NCBI GenBank assembly: GCA_038064015.1
Contig: JBBTUB010000023.1
Coordinates: 369 to 64,368 of the forward strand
Reading direction: 5' to 3'
Origin: Patescibacteria group bacterium
GTDB lineage: Bacteria > Patescibacteriota > Minisyncoccia > 2-02-FULL-40-12 > IGHO2-01-FULL-4-A
DNA: 64,000 bases
Part shown: positions 18,329 to 28,533 of the stretch, one piece after another
How the letters are laid out: every line of letters starts with the position of its first letter
How positions within the stretch are numbered: position 1 is the stretch's first letter
Position numbers and translations under genes: made by a program
The notes under the pieces: model-generated
The model's database searches: none
Seen by the model: only the letters and a program-made list of their open reading frames with translations
Told to the model about the DNA's origin: nothing

Positions 18329-19537
18329 CTATATGATATCAGAATCGAGTATGCCCAGCAATCCCCAGAACACCAATCCTCCTTGCTGGAGCGTCCAGAA
18401 GAAATGATCAAAAACGCCAAGCGCAAGAAACGCGGCCATGCCGACGATCACATACGGATTGGTACGCTGCGCCACGAACCAAACACCCAAAAAAATCAGG
18501 AATGCCAGAAATCCAGGTACTCCCATTTCGTCAACGACCAACAGATACATGCTATGCGCCGGCTGGTAAATAAATGCCGGATAATGGGGCAGTGACTTCA
18601 TCAGATCGGGCACAAATTGCCCGATGCCGATCCCCTGCACGAGGTGCCCTCGGGTGGCCTGGCCGGCAAGCTTTGCATAGAAAACTCGCTGAGCAACCGC
18701 TTCGTCTTCCGCATGAATGGAAAGTCGCGACTGTACCTGCGGCCACAAGACTGACGCAAATGTGATGCCGATCACGACGGTCAAAATCAAGGGCGCCCAA
18801 AAATCTTTGCGTTTCTGCCGGATCCAAAAGATCATCAGCATCACCAGCGTAGCGAGGATCCAAAATACGATGGCGACTCGAGAAAATGTGAGCAAGAAAG
18901 CAATCAGGATAATCGCATACGCGCCGAGAGCAAGTGAACGATGTTTGTTTTGCGTGAAGTAAAGCCACAGGGCGGCCCATAGGCCAATCATAAGAATTGC
19001 CGCAAGCACATTGGGATGTGGCGTCGTGCCATACGCGCGCAAAAAAAGCCGGCCCGCCGCGGGCACGACAGCAACGGCAGTGCCGTACGGATTCAAAACG
19101 CTTTCGCCCAAAATCGAAAAACCAACTTCATGTTGCAAAACATACTGCACAATGCCGATGAGCGCCTGAAATATGCACGATCCCACCCATACTGCGGCAA
19201 TCGCAGGGAGTGAGAGAATTTTTTGCTGCCGGAAAAAGAAAAAAAATGCGCTATACTCAGCGAGCTTGATGAAGCGATAGATCGCCACGGACACAAGATC
19301 GGCTTGCAAGATAGAAATCGCGGCAATGGCAAGAAATAAAATCAGAAACCGGTTTTTTTTGAAAATTGAAAATTGAAAATTGAAAATTAGAAGGATGACG
19401 AATAGTATGTCCGTCGCCCACAAAAATCCGGCCGTCCATTCGTTGAATGGCATGGTCCAACGAAATAAAACAAAACGTGCTTGAAACGGGATAGCGAGAA
19501 CAAACAGCGCGAGGAGAATTTTTTCGAATTTTTTCAC
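18329..19537 (-). CDS. O-antigen ligase (Wzy_C/WaaL)-family membrane protein
   Basis: RAYGTTPHPN, LTFSR, GIGIGQF, PAHSMYL...EMG. Confidence 0.88.
   Translation of the reverse strand: MKKFEKILLALFVLAIPFQARFVLFRWTMPFNEWTAGFLWATDILFVILLIFNFQFSIFKKNRFLILFLAIAAISILQADLVSVAIYRFIKLAEYSAFFFFFRQQKILSLPAIAAVWVGSCIFQALIGIVQYVLQHEVGFSILGESVLNPYGTAVAVVPAAGRLFLRAYGTTPHPNVLAAILMIGLWAALWLYFTQNKHRSLALGAYAIILIAFLLTFSRVAIVFWILATLVMLMIFWIRQKRKDFWAPLILTVVIGITFASVLWPQVQSRLSIHAEDEAVAQRVFYAKLAGQATRGHLVQGIGIGQFVPDLMKSLPHYPAFIYQPAHSMYLLVVDEMGVPGFLAFLIFLGVWFVAQRTNPYVIVGMAAFLALGVFDHFFWTLQQGGLVFWGLLGILDSDII
19361..19388. repeat. (GAAAATT)4 heptamer tandem repeat inside the O-antigen ligase gene
   Basis: Four perfect copies; encodes IFNFQFSIF on the minus strand. 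Confidence 0.9.
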
Positions 19538-20679
19538 GTTACGAGCGTGTATACCGCCCCGAGCGCAAACAAGATCATAATGCCGTAAAGAACGACCTTG
19601 GGGATATTGATGGAGTATTCGGGAATACGATTACCGTGGTCTTTGGCCTTCGCGTAGATCAGCAGCAACAAAATCATATCAATACTGACGGCGATGCCAC
19701 CTACTAAGCTTAAGATCTCAATGAAATTACGCACTCCGAGAAGAAACAACGCGAACGGCGGTATCAACGGCAACAAAAAATCCGCCTTGCGCCGAAGCTT
19801 AAAATCTTCGCGCAGTGATGTGCGAAATGCTGTGATGACGCTCAAGAATATCGTACTTGAAGTCAAAAATCCCACGAGGGACCCCACGAAGATCGCGCTA
19901 TCCCCCACGCGCCCCGCCAATCCGAGAATCGCTTGCTGGGAAGTATCGGGTCCCGTCACACCGACGACGACCAGGCTAAAAATCAAATACAACGTGGCGG
20001 GAACCGCGGTGCCAAAGATCAGCGCGCGACGAAGCAAATGCTCCTTGCCGACGAGCATTTCACGCACCAAGGGAACACCCTGCGAACCATTGAGCGCAAA
20101 TAAAATGACGCCAAACGGCAAGAACCAGGACAGATGGCTTGAGAAAAGGAAATTTTCGCGTGCAAGATGCGGAATCCCAAAACCCGCGATGGTCGCTACC
20201 AATGCAATCGCGAGCATCATCACGCCAAGATCCACTCGCGAGACGGTCTTCACGCCCGCGTAGACCAGCACGAGTAAGATGCCGAGTACGATCAAGCTCA
20301 GTACAATCGGTGAAATCCGATACCCGAAAAATTGCAAAACCTGGCTCAAGAACGCGCCGTTGACGATCAAGATGCCGATCACCGCGCCATAGACCGAGAT
20401 CCAAAAATTGAGCAAGTTGACCCGACGCGCCCACGGCCCCAAGTAGGTACGGACGTACCCGACAAATTGGTGCCGCTCATGCGTACGGAGAATAATCTCG
20501 CCGTACAGAAAGTGGTTGATCAGCATGAGGCCGGCGATGACCACCAAAAAAATCACCCCGACGCCGGTCCCGGCCTGGGCGAACGTATAGGGAATGCCAT
20601 AAAATCCGATCCCCACCGTCGACGCGACCAAAAGCGCTACGGCGTACCAAAATGGCTTGAGCGGCTTGATTTGTAACAC
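19534..20679 (-). CDS. Aromatic amino acid permease family (HAAAP/Tyr-Trp-like) transporter
   Basis: ~11 TM, STVGIGFYGIPY, FGVILFA, GTG start. Confidence 0.85.
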   Translation of the reverse strand: MLQIKPLKPFWYAVALLVASTVGIGFYGIPYTFAQAGTGVGVIFLVVIAGLMLINHFLYGEIILRTHERHQFVGYVRTYLGPWARRVNLLNFWISVYGAVIGILIVNGAFLSQVLQFFGYRISPIVLSLIVLGILLVLVYAGVKTVSRVDLGVMMLAIALVATIAGFGIPHLARENFLFSSHLSWFLPFGVILFALNGSQGVPLVREMLVGKEHLLRRALIFGTAVPATLYLIFSLVVVGVTGPDTSQQAILGLAGRVGDSAIFVGSLVGFLTSSTIFLSVITAFRTSLREDFKLRRKADFLLPLIPPFALFLLGVRNFIEILSLVGGIAVSIDMILLLLIYAKAKDHGNRIPEYSINIPKVVLYGIMILFALGAVYTLVT

Positions 20680-20711
20680 ACCTTGAGTATAGCAAGGAAA
20701 AGTAGAATTTT

Positions 20712-20756
20712 AAAAGGCCCGGCACGCGTGTTGTTACACATGGTGTGCGCCGGGCC
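20712..20756 (-). terminator. Intrinsic terminator of the 20789-21082 gene
   Basis: Minus strand GGCCCGGCGC...GTGCCGGGCC followed by TTTT. Confidence 0.65.
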
Positions 20757-20788
20757 CCTTACTCGCGGTTGCCGCGAGGTACTGGTGG

Positions 20789-21082
20789 TCATACTGGAGG
20801 AGGCGATCTCGAAGTCCATCGGTCTAATCTATAATACATATAGATTAGACCGATGAAGATCACCACTCCTTCGACGTAGAAGATCCAGGGGAAGAACATG
20901 TCGAGCTGCTGACTGGCCAGCTCTAGAGGGGTTTCTCCCCATGGGCCAGTAGAGAGCTGGGCAGCCCTCCACGACACGATCCTGCCACTGTTCAGGGTAA
21001 CCCCAAGTGCGCTCCATATCATGGCGGCCCAACTTATGGCCCCGGACAGGATGACGTGGATAGCCCATAGTGTTCTGCGCAT
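20789..21082 (-). CDS. Hypothetical two-TM membrane protein
   Basis: GGAGG SD, own promoter and terminator, two hydrophobic helices. Confidence 0.7.
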   Translation of the reverse strand: MRRTLWAIHVILSGAISWAAMIWSALGVTLNSGRIVSWRAAQLSTGPWGETPLELASQQLDMFFPWIFYVEGVVIFIGLIYMYYRLDRWTSRSPPPV

Positions 21083-21123
21083 GAATGCCTCCAAAATCGC
21101 CGAGCTGAACCCGACGTGATCAT

Positions 21124-21153
21124 ATTATACCACGCTTTATATTAAAAAGTCAA
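21124..21153 (-). promoter_or_regulatory. Sigma70-type promoter TTGACT-N18-TATAAT with TG extension
   Basis: Minus strand TTGACTTTTTAATATAAAGCGTGGTATAAT. Confidence 0.7.
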
Positions 21154-21167
21154 ATCAAGGCACCGAG

Positions 21168-23518
21168 TTACGCTTTCGGAAGATGGTTCTTGAGGGCGAT
21201 GGAGAGGACTTCGTCGACGGACTTCACGAATTTAAACGTGAGATCGCGGCGGATTTCTTTGGGAATGTCTTCTTCGATGTCTTTTTTGTTGTCCATCGGT
21301 AAGATGATGGTCTTCAGGCCCGCGCGGTGGGCGGCGAGGATTTTTTCTTTGATGCCGCCGATTTCCAGGACTTTGCCACGAAGCGTCACCTCACCGGTCA
21401 TGCCAACGTCGTGGCGGATCGGCTTTCGTGTCATGAGCGATACGATCGCGGTGGTCATCGCGATGCCGGCCGATGGGCCGTCTTTCTTGACCGCGCCCGA
21501 CGGCACGTGGATGTGGATGTCTTCTTTATAAAAATCTTCTTTGATGCCAAGAGACGCGGCCTTGGTCCGCGCGTAGGAAAGCGCCGCTTGCACGGATTCT
21601 TTCATGACATCGCCAAGATGTCCCGTCAAAATCAGCCGCCCTTTGCCCGGCATGCGCGAAGCTTCGATCGAAAGCACTTCTCCGCCTACTGGTGTCCAGG
21701 CAAGGCCGGTGGCCACGCCGATTTCGTCTTTTTTCTCGGCTTCCTGGTGGGTAAATCGCTTGGGCCCCAGATAGCCGTGGAGCGATTTTGAGGTTATCTG
21801 GTATTTGCCTTTTATTTTTTTTTCTACGGTCTGCCTTGTTACCTTGCGATACACGGTCGCGATCTGGCGCTCGAGGTCGCGCACCCCCGCTTCACGCGTG
21901 TAGTGGCGAATAATCTCCGCGAGCGGGGGCTCGGGAAACGTGACCAGCTCGCCATTGAGGCCATTTTCTTTGAGTTGCTTGGGTACCAGATAGTTGGTCG
22001 CGATCTTGAGCTTTTCGTGCTCGGTGTAGCCGGGAAACTCGATGATCTCAAGACGGTCGCGAAGGGCCGGAGGAATCGTATCTAATTGGTTTGCCGTCGC
22101 GATGAAGAATACATCGGATAGGTCATATGGCACCTCCAGATAGTGATCGGAAAAAGCATTGTTTTGCTCCGGATCAAGCGCCTCCAAAAGCGCCGCCGAG
22201 GGATCGCCACGAAAATCAACGCCGATCTTATCAATCTCATCGAGCATAAAGACAGGATTGGAGGAACCTGCCGTGTTGATGCCCTGGATAATACGACCTG
22301 GCAAGGCGCCAACGTAGGTACGGCGATGGCCGCGAATTTCTGCCTCGTCGCGAAGCCCACCCAGCGAGACACGCACGAACTTGCGGCCAAGCGCCCTCGC
22401 CACAGATTTCCCGATCGAGGTCTTCCCTACTCCGGGAGGACCGAAAAGGCACAGAATAGGCCCCTTGATCTTGCCGACTTGTTTTTGGACCGCCAGATAT
22501 TCCAAAATGCGCTCTTTGGCTTTCTTAAGACCATAGTGATCCGCATCGAGGATTTTTTCGGCTTCAGTCATCTCAATAGTACCTCCGGTTTTTTTGGACC
22601 AGGGCAAGTCAACCAACCAATCTAAATACGTACGTAAATAAGAAATTTCAGGACTAAACGGCGGCATCTTCTCAAATCGCGCCAACTCTTTGAGCGCCTT
22701 TGCTTTGGCCTCTTCCGGCATGCCGGCAGCCTCGATCTTCGCTCTGATCGCATCAATGTCGCTTTTTTCGCCATCCATGCCGAGCTCTTTCTCGATACTC
22801 TTCATCTGCTCGCGCAAAAACATTTCTTTCTGCATTTTGCCAAGCGACTTGCGGGTCTCGCGGACGACGCGCTTCTCCGCATCGATGATCTCAAGCTCGC
22901 GCCCGATGAAAAAGTTCATTTTTTTGAGCGCCTCGACTGCGTCACTGGTTTCAAGCACTTCCTGCTGATCCTGGAGCTCCAAATTGAGATTGATCGCGAT
23001 CAGGTACACGATCTGGAATGGGTCTTTGATCTGATTGAGAATATTCATCAGGTCCGGCAAGAGGGCGGGCATGTTACGAACTTCCAAAAGCTGCTTGAAG
23101 AGCTCCACGGTCGCGCGGATCAAGGCCTCGGTTTCAACACTTTTGGGAAACTCGCTGGAAATCGGCTTGACGGTAGCCCGGAAGAAAGGCTCAATCTGCG
23201 TAAAATTGGAAATATAGACGCGCGCGATGCCCTCGACGTCAATCTTGGAGGGCCGTCCGGGAGTTTGTGCACCTCAAAAATCTTGCCGACGGTACCTACG
23301 GTAAAAAGGTCTTTGTGGTCAACATCATCGAAGATGTTTTTTTGAGCGACAAAAATCGCCAACTTATCGGTTTCCATCGCCTCATCAAGACTATTCACCG
23401 ACTTTGGACGCTGGACGAGCAACGGAATCGCGACGCGGGGAAACAGTACCACGTTCTTAAGTGGAATAACCGGCAAATTCGTGGGAATGGAAAGATTTTT
23501 GTTATCTGATTCAGCCAT
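21168..23518 (-). pseudogene. lon: ATP-dependent protease Lon, split by a 1-nt frameshift near 23251 (recent pseudogene or sequence error)
   Basis: N-domain LPVIPLKNVVLFP...LPDG continues in another frame as SKIDVEGIARVYI...ETEALIRATVELF. AAA+ GPPGVGKTS and protease KDGPSAG/IGGIKEK motifs are intact. Confidence 0.92.
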
Positions 23519-23538
23519 GATGAAAGCAGTTTAGGTGA

Positions 23539-23565
23539 TTAGCACTCTCGTGTCAAGAGTGCTAG
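23539..23565. promoter_or_regulatory. CIRCE element (HrcA operator) overlapping the lon promoter
   Basis: TTAGCACTC-TCGTGTCAA-GAGTGCTAG. On the minus strand, TTGACA (23551-23556) is 17 nt from TAAACT (23528-23533). Confidence 0.93.
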
Positions 23566-23566
23566 T

Positions 23567-24934
23567 TTATAATTCTTCGCTTTGCCCCGGGATGGGCACG
23601 ATTGCCTCGATGCCAAGCCGTTCGTGAGCCACCGTGGCGAGTGTTTTCGCAACCCGCTCTTCGCCCTGCACGATAAAAACACGCTTAAGATGCTTCTTGC
23701 TATTAGCCTCGGCAAGCCAGTGCAGAAGCGTCGGCTGGTCCGCATGGGCGGAATAGCTTTGCAGCGTCAGGACGCGGCATCGAACCGGAATATTTTCACC
23801 AAATATATTCACGTACGAGTCCCCCTGCATGATTTTACGACCACGACTACCCATGACCTGATAACCAACCATCAAAATCGCAGAATTCGGATCAGGTAAA
23901 TAGCGTATCTCGTGATGCAAAATACGCCCGCCTTGGCTCATGCCGGATCCGGCGATAATAATTTTTGGCTGCGGCACGTCATTGATCGCTTTGGACTCCT
24001 GGACGCTCGCCGTCATACGAAGGCCGGGGAACGCGAACACATCATCTCCCGAATTAATGAGATATGACGCTTGCCGGTTAAAATACTCGTGATGCTTCTG
24101 GTATACCGCGGTCATCTTGATCGCCAAGGGGCTGTCAACGAAAATAGGAACCTGGGGAATTATCTTTTTCTCGTGAAGTTCGTTGAGCTCGTAGAGCAAC
24201 TCTTGCGTGCGCTCCAGTGAAAAGCTCGGGATCATGAGCACGCCGCCCCTACGAATAGACTCGATTACAATTTCAGCCAGCTTCCCCCGCCGCTCTGTCC
24301 GATCCTCGTGCGCGCGGTCGCCATAGGCGGACTCGATGACGATATAGTCGGCATCATGGATGAATTCAGTGGGCCGCAATAATGGCGTAGGCGGATTACC
24401 CAGGTCGCCGGAAAAAATAAGCTTTTTGGGCGCGCCGCCGTCACTCCAGCGAAACTCGATAAACGCCGACCCCAAGATATGGCCTGCGTCATGGAGCATC
24501 GCCGAGATCCCATCGCCAAGATCAAGCATCTGCCGATACTCCACGCCTTTGATCAAAGCAATCAGGCCGGCAACATCTTCTTTTTCATACAGCGGCTCGT
24601 GGCCGTTTTCTTTCGCTTCTCGCGTGATATGCTCGAGATTATCGGGAAGGGCGACTTCAATAAGATCACGCGTCGCGCTCGTCGCGTAGACGACGCCACT
24701 AAAGCCTTCTTTGAAAAGCTTTGGCAAGCGCCCGATGTGATCAATATGGCTATGGGTTACAAAGACAAAATCAATCGTCTTTGGGTCATAGCCGAATGGC
24801 TGATAATTTAAGTCGTCAGCGTATTTGGAACCCTGAAAAAGACCGCAGTCAACAAGGATGCGCTTTTCATTTCCCTCAAGCAAATAATTCGCTCCCGTCA
24901 CCCACCCCGCCCCGCCGTAAAATGTAATTTTCAT
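23567..24934 (-). CDS. MBL-fold beta-CASP ribonuclease (YSH1-like)
   Basis: DCGLFQG, THSHIDHIG, AGHILGS, ESAYG, YSAHAD. Confidence 0.92.
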   Translation of the reverse strand: MKITFYGGAGWVTGANYLLEGNEKRILVDCGLFQGSKYADDLNYQPFGYDPKTIDFVFVTHSHIDHIGRLPKLFKEGFSGVVYATSATRDLIEVALPDNLEHITREAKENGHEPLYEKEDVAGLIALIKGVEYRQMLDLGDGISAMLHDAGHILGSAFIEFRWSDGGAPKKLIFSGDLGNPPTPLLRPTEFIHDADYIVIESAYGDRAHEDRTERRGKLAEIVIESIRRGGVLMIPSFSLERTQELLYELNELHEKKIIPQVPIFVDSPLAIKMTAVYQKHHEYFNRQASYLINSGDDVFAFPGLRMTASVQESKAINDVPQPKIIIAGSGMSQGGRILHHEIRYLPDPNSAILMVGYQVMGSRGRKIMQGDSYVNIFGENIPVRCRVLTLQSYSAHADQPTLLHWLAEANSKKHLKRVFIVQGEERVAKTLATVAHERLGIEAIVPIPGQSEEL

Positions 24935-25323
24935 GGTCGTACGGTAATCGTTCCCCGCTCATTTTTATTATTAACATTGTAATAGTCGTACGTCCCCGCT
25001 TCGGTGAATACGTGCGTATACACCGCGGAAGATACTAAGTCTCCCGATGGGCCAAATGATCCGTCGATGCTCATCGTTACCTCGCTTTCATTGCGGAACG
25101 CCACCGAATCTTTCGTTCGTATCTGAAGATTCGTCGGACTGAATATGCCATGGTTATAGGATACGCTATACTGTCGCGGCGGCCTGACCGTTTGCGCCGC
25201 GTGCGGCTCGGGCAACGGATTATTTTTGGTAAAAATCAAAATCGCCGCGACAAACAATACGGTGATCCCCATAATCGCCAGCCACATCCCTCCATGGTTT
25301 TTGGGGTCTAGCTGGTCGCCCAT
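24931..25323 (-). CDS. Membrane-anchored cupredoxin-like protein lacking obvious type 1 copper ligands
   Basis: FSPTNLQIRTKDSVAFRN...FTEAGTYDYY...GTITV; no Cys in the C-terminal loop. Confidence 0.7.
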   Translation of the reverse strand: MGDQLDPKNHGGMWLAIMGITVLFVAAILIFTKNNPLPEPHAAQTVRPPRQYSVSYNHGIFSPTNLQIRTKDSVAFRNESEVTMSIDGSFGPSGDLVSSAVYTHVFTEAGTYDYYNVNNKNERGTITVRP

Positions 25324-25919
25324 AGGGTAAGCTGTTCTTTAATCCTATCTCCCGGTGTCTCGAACCCCGGCATATAGACAACCTTGTCACTATAGTTCAT
25401 AAAATGAAAATATTGAAGCTGCGCACGCATATCGGTCTCATTAACTTCATTGCCAAACAACTCTCGAGAGCGAGCTATAAGTTCAGGAATTGAGTGATAG
25501 TCCTTAATGATGAAATACAGATCGACGTAATCTTTCCATTTCGCCCGGCGGCCCAAGGCGTGGAGTTTCATCGCGCCCAGCGTCACCAGATCCGGCATTT
25601 TGATAATATCCCGCAATGCGCGATCGTACGGAATCTTGAATCGGTACTTCATGAACGTGAATTGCACGCCGTTTATGTAGAGTGTGTATTGTCCTTCTTG
25701 GTCGGTCTGGACTTTTTCGATCGGAGCAACTTTATTGATCTGATCTGCAATCATCCCGTTGTCAAAATCCTTTTCAGTAAACAAGTCGAAATCAACCGAG
25801 AGCCGATGGCCGATCTGCAGGGCAACTGCAGTTCCTCCGACCAAGCTAAAATCCTTCGAAAAATACTTGACCAGCGGCAAGAGCTTGCGTTGTTCGTCAG
25901 TGAATATTTCTTCGTGCAT
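25308..25919 (-). CDS. AbiEii/AbiGii-family nucleotidyltransferase toxin
   Basis: LVGGTAVALQIGHRLSVDFDLF, MKLHALGRRAKWKDYVDLY; start taken at MHEEIF. Confidence 0.9.
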   Translation of the reverse strand: MHEEIFTDEQRKLLPLVKYFSKDFSLVGGTAVALQIGHRLSVDFDLFTEKDFDNGMIADQINKVAPIEKVQTDQEGQYTLYINGVQFTFMKYRFKIPYDRALRDIIKMPDLVTLGAMKLHALGRRAKWKDYVDLYFIIKDYHSIPELIARSRELFGNEVNETDMRAQLQYFHFMNYSDKVVYMPGFETPGDRIKEQLTLWATS

Positions 25920-26166
25920 CGTGGGCGAAATATGTTTTAAAGAAGTCAGCCCGCTTAGGCGAATAATTGCACCGCTGATGGCTTGTTTGCTCGAAAAATA
26001 TCTCGGCGACTTTTTCTCGCCCGAGCGCTTTGATGAGATCTTGCAATTCTTCCCAATCTCCACAATTCAGCACCGCCTCAACGACAGCTTCCTCATTGAG
26101 CCCATTGTAGTCCCTGGTATACCAGATTAGATAGGGCTTGTGTCGTATGATATCGCGGAAATCCAT
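25897..26166 (-). CDS. DUF6922-like putative antitoxin
   Basis: LIWY...VVEAVLNCGDWEE...LG pattern; overlaps the toxin start; TGATATAAT 6 nt upstream of the ATG. Confidence 0.75.
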   Translation of the reverse strand: MDFRDIIRHKPYLIWYTRDYNGLNEEAVVEAVLNCGDWEELQDLIKALGREKVAEIFFEQTSHQRCNYSPKRADFFKTYFAHDARRNIH

Positions 26167-26178
26167 AGGCTTATTATA

Positions 26179-27033
26179 TCACATTCGAAGCTTTTGCGTC
26201 AGATCATAGGCGAGTTTCCAGGGCTTTGAAATGACCAAATCAAACGCCCCCGGATACTCGATCGTGCGACCACCCCAGCCGAGCTTAAAACGCGTTACGC
26301 CGGGCCATTTGTTCGCATCAATCCCCCACAAATCGTAGAGCGTAGAACCTAGAACTTGGAGCTTTTTTATAATTTCCCAGTGCAATGCATAGGGTGCCAT
26401 GAGAGCACGGTGCTCATGATCGGAGGCACCGTGGAGATAGTAGGCTTGATCGCCATGCATCGCGACGAGCGCGGCGGCCACGGGGGTTTCTTGATGATAT
26501 GCAATCCAAAGTTCTGTGTAATTCATGAGTTTCTCGTAATAACTTTTTGGATATGAAGAAAATTTATCGCGCGCGCTTGTCTTTTGCATGAGCTCCCAGA
26601 ATATTTCATGTTTCATGCTACGTGCTACATGAATTCCGTGTTTCTCGGCGACTCGGATATTATACCGCGTCTTGTGATGCATCGCGTCGAGCAGCTCATC
26701 TTCGGTCTTCGTCAGATCTATTACGACCGTTTTCTGCGGCTGGATGTTCTTGTTTGATTTCTGAAAGCCGGTCGCGACCAGCTGCTGTGCGACGTCGTCT
26801 TGCATTGGTTCGGCTTTTACGAAGATCGAGCCTTGTTCCCGTGCCAGTTGCCGAAGCTCTCCCGCAAACTGATGCGAGACTAATTCGGGTCCGTAGGGAA
26901 TATATAAATAGTTCTTGCCCAGAGGCAAATCGTGTTGGATAACTTTTGCGCCTGCTACCTCAAAAACTTTCCGCCCCAGCGATTTCTGAAAATCCATCCA
27001 GTCTTGCGATTGCAAAAAAGAATTCATATTCAT
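26179..27033 (-). CDS. FemABX/MurM-family tRNA-dependent peptidoglycan peptidyltransferase
   Basis: FLQSQDW, YIPYGP, KTRYNIRVA, YYLHGAS, YDLWG, GVTRFKLGWGG. Confidence 0.92.
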   Translation of the reverse strand: MNMNSFLQSQDWMDFQKSLGRKVFEVAGAKVIQHDLPLGKNYLYIPYGPELVSHQFAGELRQLAREQGSIFVKAEPMQDDVAQQLVATGFQKSNKNIQPQKTVVIDLTKTEDELLDAMHHKTRYNIRVAEKHGIHVARSMKHEIFWELMQKTSARDKFSSYPKSYYEKLMNYTELWIAYHQETPVAAALVAMHGDQAYYLHGASDHEHRALMAPYALHWEIIKKLQVLGSTLYDLWGIDANKWPGVTRFKLGWGGRTIEYPGAFDLVISKPWKLAYDLTQKLRM

Positions 27034-27764
27034 CTAACGTGAAGTGCTATTTTCGTAAATGGTTTCTTAAATATAAGTGCCCAGAGAAAATTCATACTAT
27101 AGCGAAAGTTTGTCAATAAAAAACCTTCCTTATTAAATCTCCTTGCTGAAGTGTTCATAACCAATTTAAAAGTAAATATGACCTTACCAACTTCATGCAA
27201 ACGTCTAGAAATATCTGTATCGTCTCCAAAAAATGTAAAACCAGCATCATATCCGCCTATTTTTTCTAGGGCAGTTCTTTTTATGACCATATTTCCAGCA
27301 CTTGCTAAAGAACCTGTATCAAAAAAATATTTACAACTAACATAGGCAAGATAGGAAAAGATATAAAATATTTTTAAAAGCGCCTTATGATACCCTGGCA
27401 AATCAAAAAATACACATGGTCCGGTTATTGAGATTAGGTTTGAGTCGGCATCAAATAGTTCTCTGACAATTATTGACCAGTTATCAGGGATAATAGTATC
27501 AGCGTCAATATTAGCAACTAACTCTCCATTACTATGCAAAAATCCCGCATGGCGAGCCTGTGAAGACCCCAGCTTTGGTTCTTCGATAACACGTACCCCA
27601 AGGAATGCGAGAGCAACTTCTCTTGTATGATCAGTGCTCGCATTATTCACGACAATAATTTCTGCATCATGCGGAAATTTTTCAATATGCTGAGTCAACG
27701 CTTCGAGACAGCGTGGCAAATACGCCTCTTCATTATGCGCGGGGATAATATAGCTGATTTTCAT
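27030..27764 (-). CDS. Glycosyltransferase family 2
   Basis: IIPAHNEE, NNASTD, IDAD, GGYD, GDDTD, TSARRF; visibly AT-rich. Confidence 0.93.
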   Translation of the reverse strand: MKISYIIPAHNEEAYLPRCLEALTQHIEKFPHDAEIIVVNNASTDHTREVALAFLGVRVIEEPKLGSSQARHAGFLHSNGELVANIDADTIIPDNWSIIVRELFDADSNLISITGPCVFFDLPGYHKALLKIFYIFSYLAYVSCKYFFDTGSLASAGNMVIKRTALEKIGGYDAGFTFFGDDTDISRRLHEVGKVIFTFKLVMNTSARRFNKEGFLLTNFRYSMNFLWALIFKKPFTKIALHVR

Positions 27765-28522
27765 AATTGAAATTTTTGCTTCATCGCTTCGAATTGATTT
27801 TGATATGCCTGGTTATCTTTTTTATTCTTATATTCCAATAATACTGCATAATCCGCTATCTCGGCATCCAAACGATCGGCCATCAATTGCTTCTTGGCTA
27901 GGATCCGAGACTCGATTGAGGGGAAATAATGCGTAGGCGTGGTGTCCGCTTTGACATACAGACGCACGGCGAGCCGGGCTTGTTTGAGATAGTAGCTCGT
28001 GATCGGGCGGTCGAGCAAAAACTTCTTTTCCAATAACGTGATGCGTTCATCGCTCGTATGATCAATTTCGTCAATCGCTTTAACGATTTTCGCCTCGAGC
28101 GTCTTGAGCGGAACGATGACGAGATGCGTGTGCTTCATGATGCAGTACGAAACCTTCTTGGAGAGAACCGGATCGATCGCATATTTTTTCGCAAGCTTAC
28201 GAAAGTCCGACGGCCCGCCAAAATGCTCCAGAAACATATATTGCATCATTTGGAACGCCGTATGGGCGTCTTTTTTTGATCGCCACAAATCATGGCAGAT
28301 AATTGCAAGAAAAATAATTTTGAGATCGACGATATTTTTTATATTTTGAAAGTCAGGGGTCGCGATAAATTCATCAAGATATCCTAGTAACCGAAAAACA
28401 TGCGTATGATCATGATGCACATCGGTAGCACGTTTCATGATCTCGATTGCTTCACCGCACAGCCGCCGCTCATTGTCGGTCAGCGAGATGGGGTGTTTAG
28501 TGAGAAACTCATTGAGTAACAA
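27761..28522 (-). CDS. HD-domain metal-dependent phosphohydrolase-like protein
   Basis: HHDHTHVFR...ICHDL...EH...KH...DEID; start uncertain (TTG at 28522 assumed). Confidence 0.7.
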   Translation of the reverse strand: MLLNEFLTKHPISLTDNERRLCGEAIEIMKRATDVHHDHTHVFRLLGYLDEFIATPDFQNIKNIVDLKIIFLAIICHDLWRSKKDAHTAFQMMQYMFLEHFGGPSDFRKLAKKYAIDPVLSKKVSYCIMKHTHLVIVPLKTLEAKIVKAIDEIDHTSDERITLLEKKFLLDRPITSYYLKQARLAVRLYVKADTTPTHYFPSIESRILAKKQLMADRLDAEIADYAVLLEYKNKKDNQAYQNQFEAMKQKFQL

Positions 28523-28533
28523 GAATTTGAGTG

